Shown: positions 49,312 to 64,000 of the stretch, one piece after another
Position numbering within the stretch: position 1 is the first letter of the stretch
Layout: every line of letters begins with the position of its first letter
NCBI RefSeq assembly: GCF_009914755.1
Contig: NC_060941.1
Source of the DNA: the human T2T-CHM13v2.0 reference genome, Homo sapiens
Direction: 5' to 3' (one strand)
DNA: 64,000 nucleotides
Position numbers and translations under genes: made by a program
The notes under the pieces: generated by a model
What the model was told of the DNA's origin: nothing
The model's input: only the letters and a program-made list of their open reading frames with translations
Databases searched by the model: none

Positions 49312-49456
49312 CAGGCCACCTCTGTGGGCCTGCCACTCACGCAGTCACAACAGAGCCCACCACTAAAAGGGTTCTGTGCTTTGTTTATGCTTTCACCATG
49401 TTGAAATTCTTAATAATTTTGAACAAAAGGCCCCATAAAATATGTAGCTGGTTCTG
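49312..49456. mobile_element. MER53-like hAT MITE
   Basis: GCAGTCACAACAGAGCCC...TTGAAATTCTTAATAATTTTGAACAA...TATGTAGCTGGTTCTG. Confidence 0.65.
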
Positions 49457-49984
49457 AGCTCACCATTTGCTGGGAGAGGCCTGTGCTTTCTGAGAAATAG
49501 TCTCTCTCCTTGGCCAGGGCTATGCTCCTGGGAGGGCCCTTAGGCAGGTCCGGAAGCAGCCATAGAAAGTAAGAGGGAAAGGCTGTGAACCTGAGGGTTG
49601 ACTTGGTGAATGGACCTCACATTGGGAGGTCAGACTGGGCTTCTCCAAGTCCCTCTTACAAAGAGGAAACTAACCTTGGTGAACCTGGGGCTGTGTCAAG
49701 GAGATGGGATTATCCCTACATTTACAGAGAAGCATCAGGGCTGAAAGATTTGCCCAAAGGCCACTGGTTATAAATGGCAGGTCCTAGATTCAAGTCTAGG
49801 CCTGATTCCTGCTCCACCGTGCAGCCTCCAGATCAGTGCTGCGCATGAAGCAGCAGACCTGGGTTTGAGTTCTTGCCCTGCTCCCAATTTGCTGTGTGTC
49901 CTTTAGTGAGGGACTTGCCCTCTCTGGCCCACTTACCCTAGCAGTCCTTTGAGAGAGCTGATCAACTACAAAAGTCCCTTTCAA

Positions 49985-51475
<1,491 letters not shown>

Positions 51476-52096
51476 TCAGTTTCTAGCCCATCGTAAGGGC
51501 CTGAGGGTGGGAGTTCTGCGGATGGCTAGCCATGCCATCTTGGAGCAGGGGTGAGGGCATGACTTTGGGCACACCAGGCCTCGCCTCTCACACCAGGCCT
51601 CGCCTCTCTCTCCCCACCTGCCTTGGCCAGGCTGGGCCCTGGAGTGTTGTGCTCACTAGTGCCCAGGCTCAGATCTTTGTGTTTGGATAAGCTCATGGAA
51701 CCAGACACTGTAATTGTAGAACTCTGGCCCTCACTCTGGTGACTGTGTGTGAGCCACAAGCCGGGCTCTCCCCTCCCCGGGCAGGCTGGCTCCACATTCC
51801 AGGCACATCATCGCCTACGCCAGGCCATCTGGCCTCCAGCATGGGTGGGGAAGGTGCAGCAGCTGGTGAGAGCTGTAGGGGCATTCCCAGACACATTTCT
51901 CATGACATCCTTGGCGCTGGTAGCATGGCCAGCACCAGGCCAGGATCTAAGGACCTGGAGGGTCAGAGGGCCACTGTCAGGCCCACCGCCCAGGAGTGCT
52001 CCATGAAGGGAGTGAGTACCAGCCACCTTGGTGCTGTGTGACCTTGGCAAGACGTCTCCCCTCCCTGGCCATGGGTTCCCCATTCAAGAGGAGGCG

Positions 52097-52262
52097 GCTC
52101 AGTATTTCTCAATAGGGTGCTATTGACCCTTTGGGAGGGACAGTTCTTCCTAGTGAGCATTCCTGGTCCCCAGTCCACTAAATGCCAGCAGCAGTCCCTG
52201 TCACTGTGGCAACCAAAAAATACCCTACACATTTCCAACCACCCTGGGCTTGCAGACCACTG
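52097..52262. mobile_element. MER20-like hAT element
   Basis: CAGTATTTCTCAATAGGG...GCATTCCTGGTCCCCAGTCCACTAAATGCCAGCAGC...GACCACTG. Confidence 0.55.
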
Positions 52263-52613
52263 TGGGTCTTTAAGGGCCTTGCCAAGCCCACAGTTCTGTA
52301 TATCTGTGCTTCTTGAGCATTTAGGACAAATTGGGTAAGGGAGGAGTAGAAACCATTACTGTTGCTCATAGTCTTGCAAGGGGATGAAATCTGGATGGGT
52401 CTTGAAGTATAACTAGGAGTTTGCAAGGTGAGCAAGCAATGGGGACCAGGGGAGGGGAGCGAAACGAATTCTAGGTGGAAGGATCAGCTTGCATGCGGGC
52501 ATGGAGATGGGAAAGAACATGGGGTATTTGGAGAAGTGCAGAAATTCCCTGTGGCCCCAAGGTTTGGCCTGGGCTGAGAAGCCATGCAGTGGAGGTAGGG
52601 CTTCAACTTGTAG

Positions 52614-53457
<844 letters not shown>

Positions 53458-56400
53458 ACTTCTTAAACTAGATGAGAACACCATGGAGGGGAGAGTGTGC
53501 CTATGGAGTGAGTGTGTGTGAGGAGTGCATGTAAGGGGTGTGCTCATGAGTGTGTGTGCCCCACACATGCAGGCTGCTCATTCATTCATTTAATACGTGC
53601 CAGTTGCACAGGGAAAGGTGAACACATCCTGACCTGGTCCTCGTCCTCATGGAGCGTGGAATCCAGTGGATCCAGTGGAGGAGAAAGAAACAAGAAAACA
53701 AAATAAAACACATCCCAAAAGCTAGAGTGCGAGGCAGCTAGGGCGGGAGTGGGGAATAATGAGGGCCGGTGGGGAGAGCCTGCTGGATAGGTGGGTGTCT
53801 GATGGCCCTCTCAGAGCAGAGCATGGATGGTGGGCATCTGCTGAGCCTGGACCACCCAACTCCCTTTCCTCACAGGCCTTTAGTTTCTTTTGGGGAGGAA
53901 CTGCCTCTTCTCTGCTGGACAGAGTCTACCAGGCTCCCTCTGCCCTGCCCTGCCATAGGGTGGACATGTGACCCACCTAGCCAGTAAGATTGTCCACTCC
54001 TCTAATTCATGGGCAGAAGGACAAGGACAGTCAGAGTCTCCCGGCTGCCTCCTGCCACGCATTCCTGCTCCCCACCCCCAATCTATGCGCTTGCCCTTCC
54101 CGCCTTTTGGCCCTCAGGAGCTGTCTTGGTTCCTGCCCTTGCCCAGGCCTGTTTTTCCAGCCTTCCCACCAATTTTCTGAGCTCCTGTGGGTGTGCCTAT
54201 CTTGTGTGGGTTTGGTTTTGGCTTTTAAATGAGCAAAGGCAGAATGAGGGTGCCATGAGCACAGATGAGGCTTTTGGGAAACGCCCCCCTTCCATTGCAC
54301 TGTTGGAAGGGAGTGTAGAGGCTGCTGTGTTTCCTGGGGCCGGCCACCTTGACACCGTGCCTGCATGCACGCAGCCCCCCAGCACGCTTCTTCACCAGCC
54401 AGCCTGAGTGCAGGGCCCTGGCCAGCCTTGCCGGGAGGAAATGCCAGCCCCGTTTCTTTAAGCCTCAGTCAGCCTCCCCAGGGACTCTTGACTGCCCTAA
54501 TGCTTCCTCCTAGGCCTTGTCAGTGGTGCAGGCCTGGTCTGCCCAGAGCAGCAGGGCCTCCGGCAGGGGCCTGTGACTCAGGGCTCAGTCAGGCGGAGGC
54601 AGGATGTCAGTGCCATTCACTGGGCCACGAGGAATCTCACTCTTCTATTTATAGGCAGCGCAACTGCTGGCCCAGCCTGGCCAGAGGAAGTGGCTGCCAC
54701 TGCCAGCGAGTCAGGAGCTACGATGAGGGAGGCATGGCGCTGCTCCCTCTGCCTGCTGGGGGGGATTTCCAGGTTAGGACCAGCTCTTCCACTGCAGAAT
54801 GGTCAAGGCTGGGACAGGCCGGAACAATGAGCTCATGTGGCTTCATGACCCATCAACTGAGCAACAGGGTGGTGGACATGGGGTGGCTTGGTCTGTCATG
54901 AGCCTAGAAGGGAGGGCAGGATGGGGACCTCCCTGACCCTGCAGGGGGAAGAGGTAAGGTAAAGGCAGTGCCCAGAGCCTGGCATCCTGAAGTTTGGCCC
55001 CAGACAACTCACCCCACTCTTCCTGCATTGGGGTCCCAACTTCATCTGTCAGAGACCCCTGTCCCCACCTGCCATCTTGCCCCACACCAAGACGGCTGCT
55101 TGTGCTTAGGAAGCTAACACTGGATACCTACTGAGAGGTGAGCCCTGTCACATCCATTCCTGCATCCAGTCTCACAACAGCTACACAACATAAGCCCATT
55201 TAGCAAAAGTCAAAACTGAGGTCGAGAGTGGTTAAGGCACTTGCCTGGTTTTGGGTGTGTGCACAAATGTGCCCTCTATGCATAAGTGTTGTAAAATGTG
55301 ATCTACCTTCCCATCACAGAGGAGCTGTGAGGGGAACTGAGATGGCTTTGGCCATTGTGAATCTGTTGCCATCTCTGTTGGAGTGCCCGTCTACATGGTT
55401 GACCTCTGTCCTCAGTTGAGTGTGCATGAAGCATGAAGGATTCTTGTGTTTGTTTCCTGCCCTGGACAAGGTGTCCCTGGAGGTCAGGAAGGGAGTCTTG
55501 CTCCTCCTGTGACCCTAGACCCCAGCTTGGATGGAGCTTGGCACCAAGCAAGTGCTCAGTAGACTACCTACCGCATGGGCCCGCAGAGTCTCCCCATCCT
55601 CAGACGTGGCCTCTTGCAGGCAGCAGCCCTACTGGATGCTCTGCTGCATTGGGTCTGCACAAGGGGCAGGTACTCAAAGAATGAGGATGGGGGGACACTT
55701 CTTCCCGAGAGGCTGCCTGACGGGGAACCCCAGGCCTTCAGTCCTCATGTCAGGTGAGAACCAATTTCTTGAACAGGAGGCCTTTCCGACTGAGTCCGCT
55801 GGGGCCAGTTCAGAGGAGACCAGCCTGGGGCCACAGTGGATATTGCAGATCTGCCCTCCTGTGACTGCCGGCTGGTCTACCATGTGTGCTGCTACCAAGG
55901 GGCAGGTTACCCCTCTCACCCCACCTGGCCGTGTTCGCCCATCCTCACTGACCCTGAGGAAGCTGGGAGCACCTGGTGAGCCTTTACTGAAAGGCCCAGG
56001 CCATTGTTCCAAAGCCAGGCAGAATGGGAGGGAAGAAGGAGGTGGGGGAGGCAATTGGGGTTGATACAAGATGAGGTCTCCCTGCCTGGAGCTCCAGAGG
56101 GCCCCTTCTGGCCTCTTCTGCAGTCCTTGGCTCATCCCCTTCACCTCCTCCTACAGGAAGCCTTCCCTACCTCCCCAACCAAAGTTCTCACCCTTCCTTC
56201 CTACCCCACCACATCTCTTCCTAAGGTAATTGGCAAACCCCAGGGCCCTTCCTGAGTCTTGCAAAGTTTGCAGGTCTGGCAGTCTCTACATGTCAGTGGC
56301 TTTCCTTTTGTGGGCAGGACCCCCTGAGGGGGAGCACAGGAGGGAACGTGGTAGGGGAGGGGTTGGCTCTGAAGGGCTCCCCTGAGGAAGGGAGGATGAG

Positions 56401-57414
56401 TAGGAGTACAGTCAGTGTGAGCAGAAAAGGGGTCCCAAGGGATGAAGATCTCAAGGAGGGGAGGTAAAGCTTCGAGAATGTGCAAGGAGCTCCAGAGGGT
56501 GGAGGGGGGTAAAGCGTGGAGTCGCAGGGTGTGGGGGGAAGTATTCCAAGGCAGGAGATGGGGGGCAGATCTCGAGGGCCTCAGGGCAGGCCAAGCTTTC
56601 TTCTGAGCGCAAAATTAGAGTCAGTCAAGGGTCTCAGGCAGGGTGCTGCTTTGCAGGCTGGGGTAAAGGTGGAGGAGATAGGGTGGCAGCAGGAGGGCCA
56701 GCTGAGGATGGGGCGGTCTTCCTGCTGAGAGATGACAGCAGCTGAACTTGGGGAGGTGGGGGCAGTGGAGTAAATGGGAGGCTGGGAGAGAACTGAGAAC
56801 TCTGATGTGGCCTTGATGCCCCCTCCCCAAGGCCCACCCATACTGGTGAGGATTGGGGTGACCGGTGTGAGGAGAGGGAGAGCCCCTGATGAGGCCAGAG
56901 TCCAGGCCCAGAGAGACCCCGTCCGCTGTGCCACACATGACATCATTTTTGTGTACTTAACACAAGGTAAACAGGGCTGGAAAAACCCAAGTACTCATTA
57001 TCTGACTTAGTGGCTGCTGCTGGCTCCTTAACAACTGGTTTCCTGGGATTCTGCAGTTCTCCTGCAGAACGGACCCAGACAGAGGGGCTTCCCTCCGGTG
57101 CACAGAGAATCCTTGCCCAGTCCCTGTGCTGGGGGCTCGCTGACCTCTTCCTTCTGGGAGGCTTTGAGTCGTTCCCTACCAGTTCATGGGGCTGGGCCTG
57201 CTGAGGGCCAGGCGCCAGGGTGGGCGTTGTGGGAGCATGACGGAGAGCAAAGCCCAAATGTGGTCAGGGGGATTTGGTTCTAGTGAGCAGGTGGGTTTGA
57301 GACCCCAGGAGCACAGGAGGGCAGTGGGAGCCCAGCAGGGAGGTTGTGGTAAGCACCCAAGCATGAGCTGGCCGAGTCCTGGAATCCCAGAGGGCACCTA
57401 GGAGGTTATCCACT

Positions 57415-58388
57415 CTTTTCTTTTTTTTCTTTTTTCTGAGGCAGAGTGTCACTCTGTCACCCAGGGTGGAGTGCAGTGGCACAATCTCAGCTCACGGCAA
57501 CCTCCGCCTCCAGGTTCAGGTGATTCTCCTGCCTCAGCCTCTCGAGTAGCTGAGATTACAAACGTACACCAGCACACCTAGCTAATTTTTGTATTTTTAG
57601 TCAGGGTATTTTGTATTTTAGAGATGGAGTTTCGCCATGTTGGCCTGGCTGGTCTTGAAGTCCCGTCCTCAGGTGATCCACGTGCCTCAGCCTCCCAAAG
57701 TGCTGGGGTTACAGGCGTGAGCCACCACACCCGGCCCATTTTGCCATTTGATTCTACAGATGGGTAAACTGAGGCCCAGAGGAGTCACAAGACTCACTTA
57801 GAGTCATACTGGGAGAGAACCAGTGGCAGGACTAAAACCCAGGTGTTCTGATGTCGGCGAGAAATTGGCTGGCTCTAGAAAGAAAAACAAATTTAAGCAT
57901 TAATCCCCTCCCCACTTCCACTCACCACCCAAACATGCACACATGTCACTTCTGCAAAATGTCAATGATCTTGTGAGAAATTTTTTCTTAGTGGGTAGGT
58001 TCCAAGTGCTTTCCTTTCACCCCCAGAACCCACCCCCAATCGAGGCCAGAGGACAACATTCCTTCCTGTGGAAATAGCCGAAGGGTGGTTGGGCAGGGTG
58101 GCTCACACCTGTAATCCCAGCACTTTGGGAGACCGAGGCGGGTGAATCACTTGAGGTCAAGAGTTGGAGACCAGCCTGGCCAACATGATGAAACCCCGTC
58201 TCTACTGAGAATACAAAAATTGCTGGGCAGGCGTGGTGGCACACGCTTGTAATCCCAGCTACTTGGGAGGCTGAGGCGGGAGGATCGCTTGAGTCTGGGA
58301 GGCGAGGTTGTAGTGAGCTGAGATCACACTGTTGCACTCCAGCCTGAGCCACAGAGTGAGACTCCGTCTCAAAAAAAAAAAAAAAAAA
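57415..58388. mobile_element. Alu (-, 57415-57736) and Alu (+, 58087-58388; TSD AAATAGCC(G/A)AAGGGTG)
   Basis: Alu consensus. Confidence 0.88.
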
Positions 58389-58927
58389 TAGCCAAAGGGT
58401 GACCAACAGCCGCCAGGCAGCCTCAGAGGACCGATTGTTTGCCACTGCTCTACGTGGCAGCACTGGGTGCCTCTGGCCCCAGTCCACCCTCCCTACCCCA
58501 CTCCAGTCCTCCATGTTCCCTGGATGGAGGCCCCAGCAAGGCAAGAAACTTTCAAAGAGCCCAGAGGCACAGCAAGTTCCTCCACTAATGACACTCGGGG
58601 GCTCTGGGGCCTTCACTTGCAAAGCAAACCCTGAAAAATAATCTGGTGGATTTTGTTCTCTGCCTTAAAGAACAGCAACCACAGACAACAACAATATTCC
58701 TCTTTTTCTAATGTCAGTTGAGTTTAACAGACAGGCAGCACGGAGGAAAGCTGGAAAACTAGCCCTGCAGCCTTGGACAGATCCTTAACTCCCCTTGGGC
58801 CTCAGTTTCCCCATTGGTATCTAACCCTAAGCATTCTTAAGCTTCACTAATCTGTGAGTTTGAATGACCAGTTAATATTAATGACCAAAGCCTGCTCACC
58901 CTAGGCCCCTACTTCTGCTCCCAGGGC

Positions 58928-59222
58928 CTTTATAAGAGGGAGGCAGGAGGGTCGGAGTCAGAGGCAGTGACATGGTGGCAGAAGCAGAGGGAGAGAAGGC
59001 AAGGGTCAGCGAGATGCAAGGAAAGGGTCAGGAGCCAAGGCGGCAGGTGGCTTCTAGAAGCTGGAAAAGGCAAGGAAACAGATTCTCCCCTAGAGTGTCC
59101 ACAAGGAACACAGCACCGCCAGCACCTTGACATGAGGACTTCTTCTCCGGAACCAAGAGAGTAAACGTGCGTTGTATTAAGTTATGAAATTTACAGTTGT
59201 TTATGACAGCAGTGATTGGACA
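58928..59222 (+). mobile_element. MLT1 (C/D-like) LTR fragment
   Basis: CTTTATAAGAGGGAGGCAGGAGGG...CTAGAAGCTGGAAAAGGCAAGGAAACAGATTCTCCCCTAGAG. Confidence 0.8.
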
Positions 59223-59440
59223 CTGGATGGTTCAAGAATAGAAAGTGGCTGGCTCAAGGGTAGGACAGACACCACTCCTGCTCATCTCAGGCCACCTGCC
59301 TGGCCTCCTCTGCCCCTTCTGCCCAGTCAGTGCCGCTTCTTTGGTGACCCTGAGACACAGCTACCTCTGTTGGCCTCACTTTCCACATGGGCTTCTGCAA
59401 GGGCCACCAAAGTCTGTGGGTCGCTGCCTGATCACCCTAG

Positions 59441-60375
<935 letters not shown>

Positions 60376-60466
60376 GGCATTTGCAATCTTTAAGGGACAG
60401 TGGTAGCAGTAGCTTGGCCTTTTTCTGGGTCCTGAGTGTTACACATACATGCGAGTGCATATGCGC

Positions 60467-60520
60467 CCACACACACGTGCTTGCACACACACACACACAG
60501 ACACACACACACAAACACAC
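60467..60520. repeat. Imperfect (CA)n microsatellite
   Basis: Directly visible. Confidence 0.85.
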
Positions 60521-60841
60521 GCTGTCCCCTGAACGCAGACCCACTGCCCGGCTAGAGCCAGCGGCCCCATGATTTAGGATTTTGTTCTCTGCCTGAAAGA
60601 ACAACAACTACAGACAACAGGACCACCCTCACCAACAGCACCCAGGCTGGTTTCTGAGGGGAGCCCCCTATGCTGAATGTCCCTTACCTCCTCACTTCTT
60701 CGCAGGAACCCTCATTCTCCACCCACCCCACCCTCTCCAAGGTGGTCAGACATTCTCAGTAGGAATGTCCCCAGCTGTGGATGTGGTTCAAGGTTTCCGA
60801 TTTCTTACCGAGAGGCCTCTCAGCCCCCATAGATCCACATG

Positions 60842-61034
60842 CAGAAAGTCCTCACTTAACGTCCTCTCGATGGGCTCTTGGAAACTGCAACTTTAAGCAA
60901 AATGACATACAGCAGGTTCTCAATGATGTCGTTTCGTCCCGTGTCATTTCCCTAATAATTGATTTCATTATACATCATTTTGTCAAGGTCACAGTTTCCA
61001 AGAACCTATTGAGGACGTTAACTGAGGACTTACT
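60842..61034. mobile_element. MER82 (Tigger) MITE
   Basis: TIRs CAGAAAGTCCTCACTTAACGTC ... GACGTTAACTGAGGACTTACTG, followed by TA. Confidence 0.8.
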
Positions 61035-63213
61035 GTACGTGCTAGGGATGGGGTATGGAAGGTGCCGAACTCCACCTGCCATGAGTCGGCCAGGGACCAG
61101 CATCCAGGGCAGGACCTACCATGCCCATGTGGCTTGTAACCTGGCTGTGGGAGGGAGGTGGGTAATGGTTGTATATGAGCCCCCATGCCTCCCTGATCAT
61201 TTTCTGGCCTGGACCCCTGCTATCGACGTCCCCTGCCCCTTCTCATCCTCCAGGTTTGTTTGTCCTCTGCCTCCCTTTCACCAGTGGTGTAAGCAAGCCC
61301 CCTTCCCGTGGCCCAGTTCAGCAGTTTCTTTCTGGAGAAACCACTGACAACAGTCAGTTTTGCAGGATCTTGGGAACATTTTCCTTTGAAAGACTTTTTA
61401 AGCTTTTATTTAATTACTCAAGTGACACATGTTCCCTGAAGGAAAAAAAAAAAGCAACAAACAGAAGTGATCTCTCATCCTACTTATATCCATATAGAAA
61501 TAATAATCTGCTAAGCCACTGCTGAAGTCTTGCTATATATCTGATCTATTTCTAATAATCTGATATCTGATAATTGATCACTACTGGAATATTGTTTATT
61601 TGTTTTTAACACAGCCATGATCATATCACACATACTTCTCCAATGCAGGCTTTTCTCACACAGCAAATGTGTGATGAACTGCTTTCTGTGTCAGCAGACC
61701 TAACATCATTTTTCATGGTTATGTGGTATTTGCCGGTATGAATATGCTATATTTATTAAGTCAATTGTTGGACAACTATGTTGTTTCCAGTTTTTCAAAG
61801 CCATAAACAATGTTGCCTTGTAAAGACTTCTTTGCCCACTTACCCAGCTATTTCGGGAGGAGAAATTCCTAGAGGTGAAATTGCTTGGCCAGAGGTTGTG
61901 CACATTTTTAAGGCTTTTGGTGCATATTCCTGGCCCCCTCTTAAATCCAGACCCATTTCTTTCATGCTTTGGATTTGTCACCTACTTTAGCATTAACTCA
62001 AGGGCAAATAAATTTCAGTGGTGAATCTGCTATTTACAATTTTCTAGGCAGCTTCTGTCCATTAATATGCATGCATGAAAAAAATGACTCTAGTTTCCAT
62101 TTTTAAAATGCCAAGCATATTCTCACCCCAGTGTTCCTGTGCACCTGGCTCTTCTTGGTAGTTTTGAGAGTTTTGGATTAAATTGTGTTTTTTTCCTTCT
62201 AGAATGAGAAGAAGTCCCTAGATGAAGCCAAAGACAGTATAATTTCTCTGAGCCTCAGTTTGCTCATCTGTAAAATGGAGACATTATGAGTACTTTGCAG
62301 TATTTTCATGCAGGTGAAAAGAACCCAACTCCACGTCTGACATGATGAAATCTCCAAATTTTATCTGTCCTCTCCCTTCCAGGGCCAGGTGGGGTGTGCA
62401 GTGGGGCCTCTGGGCCCAGGTGTTGGCATTGGACACTTGGTTCCTCCTGGGCTCTGTTCCCAGCTTTTCCTACCCATATTTCCAGGTACCCAAGGCTAAC
62501 TGCCTCCCCCAGAACAACCCCCAGATTCGTTCCACCTTAAAAGGTCCTTGAGCTCTCACTAGAACAACCAAACAAGAGAACAGAACATTAGAGAAAATTG
62601 CTTGTCTAAAATAGACAAATAATTTTCATTTCATCCTTCTTTCTGTGCTCCACTTTATCTGTCTTCTTGCTGTCCCTTTTTCTATATAAGCCAGGCACGA
62701 GGGCGATATTATTCTTCTAAATTCTCAAGATGGATTATGTAATAATCTAGACTGAAAAAAGAAAAGGCAACTGCTTGGTAAATGGACACGAGTCTTTGCA
62801 GCTATTTAAAAAGATAAAGCCCAGATCATCCTCGCCTTCCAGTACTCAGTAGTAGCTGATTGCCCTTATTCTTGGGTTTTGCAGAGAGTCCCAGCTGGGC
62901 CTGTTTGGAACTGTATTGCCCAACTTCCCTGATGATCAGAATCACCTGGGATGTTTATGACATTGCAGCTTCGTGGGCTCCAGTCTAGACCTTCTGACTC
63001 AGATTTTTCAGGGGAGAGGTCTGCACATTTACAAATGTACCTTGTATTTAGGTCTATACATTTACAAATGTACATTGTATTTAATGAGTGGCCCTGGATG
63101 ATTCTTAACGGCAGGAAAATATGGTCAACATTGTTAATAGAAGGAGAAAGCCTCAGTTTTCAACTGTGTTTGCACATTAGGGTCTCCTGGGGACCTTTAA
63201 AAGCTCCAATGCC

Positions 63214-63812
<599 letters not shown>

Positions 63813-64000
63813 CTAAACAGGAGAGTGCCTTGATGGATTAATGATGTCTGCCATAGGTGCACAGGAGAGGTGTTGGCTGATACATTAACATGCAAGAGCC
63901 AAGTATCCCTGGACTAGGTCTTCTGTAAGGGCCCAATTAAGCCTCTGTGATGTAATAATAATGAACATAGCACCAGGTTCATTGTGATGCATAGTTGAGA

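Noticed and set aside
54009-54407. 132-aa ORF with hydrophobic stretches
   Set aside because: No recognisable family and no supporting promoter or exon structure; length within chance expectation.

Overview
Human (primate) non-coding genomic DNA, recognisable from its miRNA content as chr17q11.2 just distal of RAB11FIP4, inside the NF1 type-1 microdeletion interval. No credible protein-coding exon is present; the ORF track is Alu-, GC- or microsatellite-derived noise. Real genes, all on +: tRNA-Thr(CGT) at 7839-7910 in a CpG island, MIR193A at 17775-17862 in a second CpG island, and the adjacent MIR4725 (33045-33134) and MIR365B (33187-33297). A U6atac retrocopy lies on - (about 21544-21668). 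The rest is about 50 Alus (including a young AluYa5), MaLR/ERVL/ERV1 solo LTRs, Tigger/hAT MITEs and L1/L2/MIR fragments. Notable observations: (1) a tRNA-Thr(CGT) - miR-193 - miR-365 cassette that appears mirrored at the chr16 paralogue; (2) a structured, doubly hairpin-terminated tRNA trailer and an orphan ETS/YY1 Pol II promoter back-to-back with the tRNA; (3) one 760-bp donor segment (45786-46547) that seeded both an old circularly permuted duplication and a recent fold-back templated insertion inside an Alu. Repeat subfamily names and boundaries are by eye and approximate.
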